NCBI RefSeq assembly: GCF_000011325.1
Contig: NC_003450.3
Location: 2,100,001 to 2,132,000 of the forward strand
DNA: 32,000 nucleotides
Reading direction: 5' to 3'
Source: Corynebacterium glutamicum ATCC 13032
GTDB taxonomy: Bacteria; Actinomycetota; Actinomycetes; Mycobacteriales; Mycobacteriaceae
This document shows, piece by piece, positions 9,152 through 16,915 of the stretch. Made by a program: the position numbers and the translations under genes. How positions within the stretch are numbered: the first letter of the stretch is position 1; each line of letters opens with the position of its first letter. A model generated the notes under the pieces. The model had not been told where the DNA came from and did no database searches. It worked only from the letters and a program-made list of their open reading frames with translations.

Positions 9152-10255
9152 CTAGGAGCGAAAGGGGTCGCCGGATCCGGCAGTACCTACCTTTCCAGTA
9201 GTCTGCGCCTTCGCCTGCGCAGTTCCTTGCAGACCGTCTTCCTCGGTGGGATTGTCGGTATCGGTAAAGGCCTCTGCACCGGTTTCCTCATCGGTGATCT
9301 TGGCGGCAGGTCCTTTATCTTCATTGTCTTTGAAGAAGTCCCGAGCTTCCTGCAGGGTTTCCTGAAGCTTGCGCTCCTCCATTTCTGGAGCATCGAAAGG
9401 ATTACGGCGACGGCGGTGCGGCAACGCTAGGCGAGCTGCGATCTCCACGTCTTCTTCCGTAACCACAGTGCGTCCAGCCCACGCGGCGTGAGCAAGTGCG
9501 GTACGCGTGATCACCAGGTCAGCGCGCATACCGTCGACTTCAATACGTGCACACAACCACGCAATCTGCGACAAGATCAGATCCGGCAGCTCCACACCAG
9601 GCAGCAAATCCTTAGCCGCCAAAATACGGTTGGAGGTGTCCGCATCTTGCTCAGCCCACTTAGCCATGAACTGCTCAGGAGCGTTTTCAAAATCAAGCCG
9701 GCGGCGAATGATCTCCACGCGCACCTCAGGGTTCGTAGACGCAGCAACGTCCACAGCCAAACCGAAACGGTCCAGCAGCTGCGGGCGCAGCTCGCCTTCC
9801 TCCGGATTCATGGTGCCCACCAACACAAAGTTTGCTGGTGAAGAATGCGAAATACCGTCACGCTCAATGCTGACGCGACCGCTTGCAGCTGCATCGAGCA
9901 GAGCATCCACCAGGTGATCCGCCAAGAGGTTGACCTCATCGACATACAGCACACCGCCATCAGCCTGCGCGAGCAAACCTGGCTGATATTCCGCACGGCC
10001 GGTGGTCAACACAGTTTCCATGTTGAGGGAACCCACCACACGATCCTCCGTGGATCCGAGAGGCAAGTTCACCAAAGGGGCATCACCTAAAAGACCAGCA
10101 AAAGCACGCACAGTGGTAGTTTTCGCTGTACCCTTCTCACCTCGAATCACCACGCCACCAATGCGTGGGGAAATCGCAGTGAGGATCAACGCAAGCCGAA
10201 GCTCGTCTTGTCCCACAACCGCGGAGAATGGATAGCGGATCTGTTGTGACGCCAT
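9152..10255 (-). CDS. ChlI/BchI-like AAA+ ATPase (Mg/Co-chelatase family) with an acidic C-terminal linker
   Basis: 367 aa. Walker [10 protein letters not shown], Walker [11 protein letters not shown], and an HRRRRNPFD motif as in ChlI/ChlD. The C-terminal ~75 aa are acidic and low-complexity, like the ChlD linker. Confidence 0.88.
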   Translation of the reverse strand: MASQQIRYPFSAVVGQDELRLALILTAISPRIGGVVIRGEKGTAKTTTVRAFAGLLGDAPLVNLPLGSTEDRVVGSLNMETVLTTGRAEYQPGLLAQADGGVLYVDEVNLLADHLVDALLDAAASGRVSIERDGISHSSPANFVLVGTMNPEEGELRPQLLDRFGLAVDVAASTNPEVRVEIIRRRLDFENAPEQFMAKWAEQDADTSNRILAAKDLLPGVELPDLILSQIAWLCARIEVDGMRADLVITRTALAHAAWAGRTVVTEEDVEIAARLALPHRRRRNPFDAPEMEERKLQETLQEARDFFKDNEDKGPAAKITDEETGAEAFTDTDNPTEEDGLQGTAQAKAQTTGKVGTAGSGDPFRS

Positions 10256-10392
10256 TACTGTCCTTTAATGTGAGTTTTCTTGAGATTTTTTGGTGTGACC
10301 TGGCACATCCATAAAGTGAGACCTTAGTGGGTTTAACCACCCAACTTAAGGTTTTCACAAAACCAACAACAAATCCCTGGACAAGTGTCTAT

Positions 10393-10413
10393 AAAAGGGA
10401 GGAAACTACCCCC
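10393..10413 (-). terminator. Weak candidate terminator after cobA
   Basis: On the - strand, GGGGG-TAGTTT-CCTCC(C) followed by TTTT, starting 18 nt after the cobA stop. The stem is only 5 bp and includes a G-U pair. Confidence 0.3.
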
Positions 10414-10430
10414 ATTCTTAGGCGATCTGC

Positions 10431-11183
10431 TTAGAGGCCAGCAACTTGTCCAATGACATACACAGCTGGAGGCTTAATCTCTTCCTCCACCATGACTGCA
10501 CCCAATGTGCCCAAGGTGCACCGAACTGAGCGTTGTGCATCAGTAGTGCCTTCCTGAATAACAGCTGCTGGAGTATCTGCATCAAGCCCGCCGTCCATGA
10601 GCGCCTCGGCAATCGCACCCGCATTTTTCACACCCATGATGATGGACAAGGTGCCACCCGATTTGGCCAACGCAGCCCAATCAACCAGTGACTTCGGATG
10701 GCCTGGAGGCAAATGTCCAGACACCACGGTAAAGGAATGCACCACTCCCCGATTAGTAATAGGAATACCTGCCGCCGCTGGAACGGACACCGCACTGGTC
10801 ACACCCGGAATGACCTCGCATTCAATTCCATGCTCGCCCAAAAACTCCAACTCTTCAAAACCCCGACCGAAGACATAAGGGTCACCACCTTTAAGGCGAA
10901 CCACCTTTAGTCCCTGCTGTGCGTATTCAACAAGCATCTCATTAGTACGCTCCTGAGTGACCTGCCGCCCATACGGAAGCTTGGACACATCAACAACAGT
11001 CTTCGAGCTGATGTCGCACAATTTTTCCAACTCATCAGTGGGCCCCAAGTGATCAGCCAAAATGACATCAGCCTCCTGAAGGCGATTCATCCCACGCACC
11101 GTAATTAAGTCCCATGCACCAGGACCTCCACCAATTAAGGAGACTGGCTGGATTATTGGCTGGTTTTCTTGGGAAATCGTCAT
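10431..11183 (-). CDS. cobA: Uroporphyrinogen-III C-methyltransferase (SUMT, CobA/CysG-A type)
   Basis: TP-methylase motifs LIGGGPGAWDLITVRG and VVRLKGGDPYVFGRG. Start placed at the ATG at 11183 (MTISQEN..., 250 aa), which has AGGA 9 nt upstream. The ORF track extends to a GTG at 11225, which would leave only 12 nt before divergent selO. Confidence 0.85.
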   Translation of the reverse strand: MTISQENQPIIQPVSLIGGGPGAWDLITVRGMNRLQEADVILADHLGPTDELEKLCDISSKTVVDVSKLPYGRQVTQERTNEMLVEYAQQGLKVVRLKGGDPYVFGRGFEELEFLGEHGIECEVIPGVTSAVSVPAAAGIPITNRGVVHSFTVVSGHLPPGHPKSLVDWAALAKSGGTLSIIMGVKNAGAIAEALMDGGLDADTPAAVIQEGTTDAQRSVRCTLGTLGAVMVEEEIKPPAVYVIGQVAGL

Positions 11184-11237
11184 GGGCATTAATCCTAGTC
11201 CCAACAATTGCCAGAACCCGAACACTAGGCTTGAACC

Positions 11238-12662
11238 ATGAATACTGCACCTTTCAAACTCGAAGCTGACTTCGCATCAGCCCTGCCCACCATGGCAGCC
11301 CCCTGGCAAGGTGAGGAAGCCCCCAACCCTGAGCTCGTGATTTTAAATGACGACCTCGCCTACAGCCTCGGGCTTGATCCGACATGGCTTCGCACACCTG
11401 AGGGCGTTCAATTTCTTCTCGGACTCAACCCCGAGCCCTTAACAAAAGCAGTTGCGCAGGCCTATTCCGGCCACCAATTCGGACAGTTTGTGGCAAGCCT
11501 TGGTGATGGCCGAGCGCTTCTTCTCGGCGAAGCCCGCTCAGCTGACGGCGTACTGCATGATATCCACCTCAAAGGATCTGGACGAACCCAATTCTCCCGA
11601 GGAGCCGATGGACGCGCCGTCCTTGGCCCCGTCTTACGCGAATACATCATCTCCGAAGCGATGCATGCACTTGGTGTTCCCACCACCAGGTCACTTGCAG
11701 TAATTAGCACCGGTAGGAAAATCCAACGAGGAAGCGTAGCCCCAGGCGCAGTCCTTGTTCGAGTAGCAACCAGCCTCATTCGAGTCGGATCCTTCCAATA
11801 CTCCAACATCTCTGGTGGCATCGAACTATCTCAACACCTGGCGAACTATACGATCACCAGGCATTTCCCTTCGTTGGTAGCTGAACTATCCGCACCAACC
11901 CCCGCAACTTATGTATCACTGTTTAAAGCGATTCTTCAGCGCCAAGCAGACACCGTTGGAAAATGGACCAGGCTGGGTTTCGTTCACGGAGCCCTCAACA
12001 CAGACAACACGTTGATATCCGGAGAAACTGTTGACTACGGCCCATGCGCTTTCATGGAGCGCTACCGTGGCGACGCGAAATTTAGCTCCATCGACACTTA
12101 TGGTCGCTACAAATTTGAAAACCAACCTATGATCCTCGGATGGAACATGGCCCGCCTCGTAGAAACCCTCCTCCCACTCCTGGGCGCCACACCAGACGAA
12201 GGCATGACAGCAGCCCAAGAAGCTCTCGTAGAATTCGATGACCTCTGCGAACAAGCAATCCGAAAAGAATTCGCCACTGCACTGGGCCTTGACGAGTCAG
12301 ACACCGGCACGGTAGAGCAGTTCCGTGAACTGCTCTACCTCCATAACCCCGACATCACCACGCTGCTGCGCGCACTCACCGACAACACCGCACCACCGAG
12401 TGGCTTTGAAGCATTCGTTCACGACTGGAAAACCCAAGACCCAGATATCGAAGCAATGCGAGCAGTAAATCCACTTTTCATTCCACGCAATCACCTCGTG
12501 GAAGCTGCTCTCGCAGACGCAGTTGAAGGGAATCTAGAAAAGTTCCACGAACTCCTCGCTGCTGTCACCAATCCTTTTGATCCAACTGCGGGCCCCGATG
12601 AACTACGCCTGCCAAGCGAAGAAGGATTTGAAGAAGACTACATGACCTTCTGCGGTACCTAG
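11238..12662 (+). CDS. selO: Protein adenylyltransferase SelO (YdiU/UPF0061 pseudokinase-fold AMPylase)
   Basis: 474 aa with SelO hallmarks YSGHQFGQFVASLGDGRALLLGE, KGSGRTQFSR and HGALNTDN. Confidence 0.9.
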   Translation: MNTAPFKLEADFASALPTMAAPWQGEEAPNPELVILNDDLAYSLGLDPTWLRTPEGVQFLLGLNPEPLTKAVAQAYSGHQFGQFVASLGDGRALLLGEARSADGVLHDIHLKGSGRTQFSRGADGRAVLGPVLREYIISEAMHALGVPTTRSLAVISTGRKIQRGSVAPGAVLVRVATSLIRVGSFQYSNISGGIELSQHLANYTITRHFPSLVAELSAPTPATYVSLFKAILQRQADTVGKWTRLGFVHGALNTDNTLISGETVDYGPCAFMERYRGDAKFSSIDTYGRYKFENQPMILGWNMARLVETLLPLLGATPDEGMTAAQEALVEFDDLCEQAIRKEFATALGLDESDTGTVEQFRELLYLHNPDITTLLRALTDNTAPPSGFEAFVHDWKTQDPDIEAMRAVNPLFIPRNHLVEAALADAVEGNLEKFHELLAAVTNPFDPTAGPDELRLPSEEGFEEDYMTFCGT

Positions 12663-12713
12663 GACAGATGGTGGGGCAGACGTCGGGGTCGCTGCGTGGA
12701 GCGCTTAGAACTG

Positions 12714-13616
12714 CTAGAACTCCGCGATATTGATCTTCTTCATCGCAAGAAGCTTTTCATACGCGCCGGGTTTAGCCATGAGCTCCTCCATGTTGTCGGG
12801 AACAATCTGCCAGCTCACGCCGAACTTGTCCTTCAACCAACCACAAGCCTCAGCTTCTGGAACTGCCGAGAGTGCATTCCAGATGGCATCGAGTTCTTCT
12901 TGACCATGAGCTTCATACATCAATGAGACACCCTCACTGAAGGTGAAATCTTGCTCAACTCCGGAATCCATCGCGAAAATCCACTGACCGTCGAGTTGGA
13001 ACTGGGAAAACATGAGGGCCTCAGGAGTGGCAGGACCTGTTTGCTGTCCATAAGGTGCACGATCACCAAGTTGGGAGTTCGGGAACACCTCAACGTAGTT
13101 TTCTTGAGCTGGGCCTGCCTGATTTTGAGCTGCCCCACCAAATAAGAGCGTTGGGATTACTGCGGGACCTGGCTTTTCTTCTGGGCGGCTGAGCATCAAT
13201 TGCCAGCTCACACCATATTTGTCTTGTACCCACCCGTAGTATTCCGAAAATGGGTAAGTATCGACTGGCATCAGTGTGCTGCCGCCTTCATGGAGTTTTT
13301 CCCACACCGCATCAAGGTGCTCTTTGGCATTTTCATCACGCACCGCATCAAAATTCACCATGAAGCTGATCGATGGGTTGGGAGTGAACTCTTCACCAGC
13401 ATTGATCAAGATGATCTTAAAGCCTGAGATAGCGAGTTCCACCGTCAAGGTTTTTCCTGCGAAAGGCTCCTGGAAGTCCAGCAAGCCAGCTTCGGGATAC
13501 TTAACTGTGGTGAGTACTTCTGCGCCACCCGGAAACTCAGAAAACGCATTGACGTAGAATTCGGCTGCTTCGTCTGCGGTGCCTTGGCACCAGATGTTTG
13601 GGGTGATTTTTTGCAT
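12714..13616 (-). CDS. Tandem two-domain VOC/PhnB-like protein (3-demethylubiquinone-9 3-methyltransferase-domain family)
   Basis: Two internally homologous halves: the N half ends YGWVQDKYGVSWQL and the C half ends CGWLKDKFGVSWQIV. Start placed at the ATG at 13616 (MQKITPNIW), 6 codons inside the ORF-track start. Confidence 0.8.
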   Translation of the reverse strand: MQKITPNIWCQGTADEAAEFYVNAFSEFPGGAEVLTTVKYPEAGLLDFQEPFAGKTLTVELAISGFKIILINAGEEFTPNPSISFMVNFDAVRDENAKEHLDAVWEKLHEGGSTLMPVDTYPFSEYYGWVQDKYGVSWQLMLSRPEEKPGPAVIPTLLFGGAAQNQAGPAQENYVEVFPNSQLGDRAPYGQQTGPATPEALMFSQFQLDGQWIFAMDSGVEQDFTFSEGVSLMYEAHGQEELDAIWNALSAVPEAEACGWLKDKFGVSWQIVPDNMEELMAKPGAYEKLLAMKKINIAEF

Positions 13617-13696
13617 GCCGCCAGGATAGAACACGTGGTGGACATGGCTTTTCGAATACGTAATTTGCAGTGCTCACAGCGGTAATTGGTGGATAC

Positions 13697-13711
13697 CCAA
13701 TAAATTATTGG
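13697..13711. promoter_or_regulatory. Candidate operator palindrome upstream of the VOC/PhnB-like gene
   Basis: Perfect palindrome CCAATAA-A-TTATTGG, 81-95 nt upstream of the start at 13616. A related half-site TAATTGG lies at 13683-13689. There is no evidence for a cognate regulator. Confidence 0.25.
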
Positions 13712-13860
13712 TGTCGCCTAAATCACACTGGCAAAGAATACGCAAAGCACCCGACATGCCTTCAACTGTGTCAGTTCCAACCCATGAAGGCGGAGATTGT
13801 CTCCGCAGGTGAAACCTCAACAGACATGTGCGGGTGCTTTAAAGAAAGCAGTTAGAAGAT

Positions 13861-15363
13861 TTAGGCTTCCTCAAGCTTCAGGGTCTTCTGGGTGCGTGCC
13901 CACTGCTGCTCAAACAGTGCTGGCTCGGAAGCAAGCTTCTTGCCGTAGGAAGGGATCATGTCCTTCAGCTTGTCGCCCCACTCGATCATGCGGTCACCGA
14001 AGCAACGCTCAAGCAGCTCGATCATTGCGGAAGGTGCGATGGATGCTCCAGGGGAAGCACCGAGCAATCCGGCGATGGTGCCTTCGGAGTTGTTGATCAA
14101 GGTGGTGCCGAATTCCAGGGAACCGAACTTAGGGAATCCTGCAGGCTTAATAACCTGAACACGCTGTCCGGCAACGATGGTCTCCCAATCGCCGTTTTGT
14201 GCCTCTGGCATGTACTCGCGAAGAGCATCCATACGCTTGTCCTGGTCCTTGAGAACTTCAGTGACAAGGTACTTGGTCAGATCAAATTCCTGAGCAGCAA
14301 CGCCAAGGTAGGAAGGAATGTTGTCTGGGCGGATGGACTTGAACAGGTCCAGGTAGGAGCCTTCCTTCAAGAACTTAGGGGTCCAGCCACCGTAAGGTCC
14401 AAAGAGCAGACCCTTTTCACCCTCGATAACGCGGGTGTCAAGGTGAGGAACAGACATTGGAGGAGCGCCAACAGATGCCTTGCCATATACCTTGGCTGCG
14501 TGCTGCTCGATCAGTTCCTCGTTGGTGCAACGAAGCCACAGGCCGGATACTGGGAATCCAGCGAAGCCCTTGACCTGTGGGATGCCTGCGCTGCGAAGCA
14601 GATCCAGTGCGTATCCGCCTGCGCCGACGAACACGAAGTTTGCCTTGATGGTCTTGGTGTCGCCAGTGTGTACGTTCTTGACGGTCACGATCCACTTTGC
14701 GCCATCAGCCTTGATGCTCTTGACTTCGTGGCCATAGCGGATTTCAGTGCCTTCAACTTCAGCTGCATCCAGGTACTGCTTGGTCTGAGCACCGTAGTTG
14801 ATGTCGGTGCCTTCATCGATCCAAGAGATTGCTACTGGATCAGAGAAGTCACGGCCCTTTGCCATCAAAGGCAGCTTCTCGGTGAAGGTAGCTTCATCGT
14901 CAGCGTAGGTCATGCCCTGGAAGAGTGGGTGATCCTTCAAAGCTTCGTAGCGAGCCTTGATGTATGCAACCTGATCTGCGCCCTGGCCGAAAGATACGTG
15001 AGGAACAGGGTTGATGAATTCCTTAGGATCAGACAGCACTCCCTCTTCAACGAGGTGAGACCAGAACTGACGGGAAACCTGGAACTTCTCGTTGATTCCT
15101 ACAGCCTTGGCAATTTCAACCTTGCCCTTAACCTCTGGGGTGTAGTTCAGCTCGCATAGAGCAGAGTGGCCGGTTCCTGCATTGTTCCACGGGGAGGACG
15201 ACTCTTGTGCCGGTCCATCCAAACGCTCGAAGACGATCTGAGTCCAGCTTGGCTCCAGCTGACGCAGCATTGCACCCAGCGTGGAGCTCATGATACCGGC
15301 ACCAATGAGAACTACATCTGCCTCATCGGTAATCCTCGGTGCGTTCTTCGGGGAATCTGACAT
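13861..15363 (-). CDS. mqo: Malate:quinone oxidoreductase
   Basis: Mqo-family sequence throughout, with FAD-binding DVVLIGAGIMSS near the N-terminus. Start placed at the ATG at 15363 (MSDSPKNAP..., 500 aa) with AAGGAAG upstream. The 33 extra codons in the ORF track are non-homologous. Confidence 0.95.
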   Translation of the reverse strand: MSDSPKNAPRITDEADVVLIGAGIMSSTLGAMLRQLEPSWTQIVFERLDGPAQESSSPWNNAGTGHSALCELNYTPEVKGKVEIAKAVGINEKFQVSRQFWSHLVEEGVLSDPKEFINPVPHVSFGQGADQVAYIKARYEALKDHPLFQGMTYADDEATFTEKLPLMAKGRDFSDPVAISWIDEGTDINYGAQTKQYLDAAEVEGTEIRYGHEVKSIKADGAKWIVTVKNVHTGDTKTIKANFVFVGAGGYALDLLRSAGIPQVKGFAGFPVSGLWLRCTNEELIEQHAAKVYGKASVGAPPMSVPHLDTRVIEGEKGLLFGPYGGWTPKFLKEGSYLDLFKSIRPDNIPSYLGVAAQEFDLTKYLVTEVLKDQDKRMDALREYMPEAQNGDWETIVAGQRVQVIKPAGFPKFGSLEFGTTLINNSEGTIAGLLGASPGASIAPSAMIELLERCFGDRMIEWGDKLKDMIPSYGKKLASEPALFEQQWARTQKTLKLEEA

Positions 15364-15608
15364 GTTCAACTTCCTTTTATCTCCGCGAGTTCTCTGCCGA
15401 ACACCAACACAAGGCGTCATCTCATAAATGATCGCCAGCACCCGAATGCAAGTGTTGGCCATATTTTTGACTGACGCGTGGGGCGTTACCCTTCTTGTTT
15501 CTTACAAGAAAGCGTGGGTACACATTGTCCGTGAATATAGAGTGTACGCCTGCCACCTCGAGCTGAATAAACAAGCACGGGATATTCCCCTTTCTCATGC
15601 GAATTCCT

Positions 15609-15630
15609 CCCCCGCGCTACCCCCTCCCCC
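15609..15630. promoter_or_regulatory. Cluster of three C5 tracts in the mqo/hydrolase divergent region
   Basis: CCCCC at 15609-15613, 15620-15624 and 15626-15630, followed by the direct repeats AATTTGCAAA / AATTCGCAAA. C/G5 tracts resemble the published RamA-type site description. Binding is not shown. Confidence 0.25.
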
Positions 15631-15751
15631 AATTTGCAAAGTTAGTAAATGTGCAATTCGCAAACATGAGTAGTATCGCGGAAGTTTCACCACGTGAACA
15701 TTTCAGTCGACTCGCGCACACCACACCAACAATCGACCTATCGTTATACGT

Positions 15752-16777
15752 ATGAATCAGATGCAGCAGTGGAAACCAGACTTCCTGGGAGAGGGCTACC
15801 AAAACCTCACCATCGAGCTCGGCGACGACCCGGATAATGAAACAGATGTTGTGACAACGGTTGTGCGCTACAACCCAGACAATCACGCGGACGAGTCTTT
15901 TGCTGCCCGCCCAGCGTTGCTGTGGGTTCACGGCATGACGGACTACTTCTTCCACACTGAATTCGCGGAGTTTTTCCACAATGCCGGTTTTGCTGTGTAC
16001 GGCATTGATCTTAGAAAATGTGGACGCTCCTACCGTCCAGGACAGCAGTGGCACTACACCTCTGATCTTGCCCATTACTTCCCTGACTTAACAGCTGCTG
16101 CCGAGGTCATCTCTTCCACCCACCCTGAGCTAGTCCCCGTCGCCCATTCCACTGGTGGACTCATCGTTCCTCTGTGGATGTCCCAGATGCGCACAAGCAA
16201 TCCAGCTGCCATTGAGAAGATTCCAGCGCTGGTCCTCAACAGTCCGTGGCTGGACATGATGTATCCACCACTGTTCATCAAGCTGATCACCCCTATGGTG
16301 AGGGTGTTGGGCAAACGCTCCCCCACAACCATCATCCCAGGCGGAGGTTTGGGAGCATACGGAAAATCGATCCATAAGAACTTTTACGGCGAATGGGACT
16401 TTGACACCACCATCAAGCCTGTAGAAGGACATAAAAAGAGCATCGGATGGCTTCGGGCAGTCATGGCTGGCCAAGCAGAAATCCATCACGACCACGTGAA
16501 TGTCGGAGTGGACGTGCTCACGCTGTGTTCAAATAAGTCCTGGTTGAAGTCTGAATACACAGAGGACACCAACACTTCAGACGCGGTTTTGGATGTGAAA
16601 CACATTCAAAAGTGGGCTCCTCATTTGAGCTCGCCATCGTCCAGGGTTGATGTTGAGATCATCGACAACGCTCGCCACGATATTTTCCTCTCAAGGAAAC
16701 CCGCCAGAGATCACGCCTCTGAAGTACTCAACAACTGGCTGCAATCGAAGCTTTCCAGCCTCAAACCATCTCAATAA
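15752..16777 (+). CDS. Alpha/beta-fold hydrolase (lysophospholipase/monoglyceride-lipase-like)
   Basis: 341 aa. HG oxyanion region LLWVHGMTDY, nucleophile elbow AHSTGG, and a C-terminal catalytic His context NARHDIF. No clear SD, so the start is uncertain by a few codons. Confidence 0.8.
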   Translation: MNQMQQWKPDFLGEGYQNLTIELGDDPDNETDVVTTVVRYNPDNHADESFAARPALLWVHGMTDYFFHTEFAEFFHNAGFAVYGIDLRKCGRSYRPGQQWHYTSDLAHYFPDLTAAAEVISSTHPELVPVAHSTGGLIVPLWMSQMRTSNPAAIEKIPALVLNSPWLDMMYPPLFIKLITPMVRVLGKRSPTTIIPGGGLGAYGKSIHKNFYGEWDFDTTIKPVEGHKKSIGWLRAVMAGQAEIHHDHVNVGVDVLTLCSNKSWLKSEYTEDTNTSDAVLDVKHIQKWAPHLSSPSSRVDVEIIDNARHDIFLSRKPARDHASEVLNNWLQSKLSSLKPSQ

Positions 16778-16915
16778 CACCGCGAATTATAGACTGAACT
16801 GGTACTTGGGAAGCTTTTTATAGTCATATGCGTTGAGATACGTGGACGACAAAGCACCAGTTAGTTGCCTTCCCAGTCCAGCCCACATCCGATTTCTAAA
16901 TTAGGAGCACATCTT

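Noticed and set aside
10256-10430. Possible cobalamin riboswitch upstream of the chelatase-like genes
   Set aside because: I read the - strand of the 175-nt cobA-chlI spacer looking for a B12-box-like element and the usual GC-rich paired core. I found only short 5-bp stems and no convincing match.
12663-12713. Possible shared terminator in the 51-bp convergent selO / VOC gene spacer
   Set aside because: Only interrupted 4-6 bp pairings around GCAGACGTCGGGGTCGCTGC and no T-runs. The evidence is insufficient.
13790-13806. GCGGAGA-TTG-TCTCCGC hairpin as the mqo terminator
   Set aside because: It has a 7-bp stem with a 3-nt loop and no T-run on the - strand after it. It is not convincing as an intrinsic terminator, so the mqo 3' end is left undefined.
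14197-15159. 320-aa ORF antisense to mqo
   Set aside because: Shadow ORF inside an unambiguous Mqo gene, with low-complexity composition.
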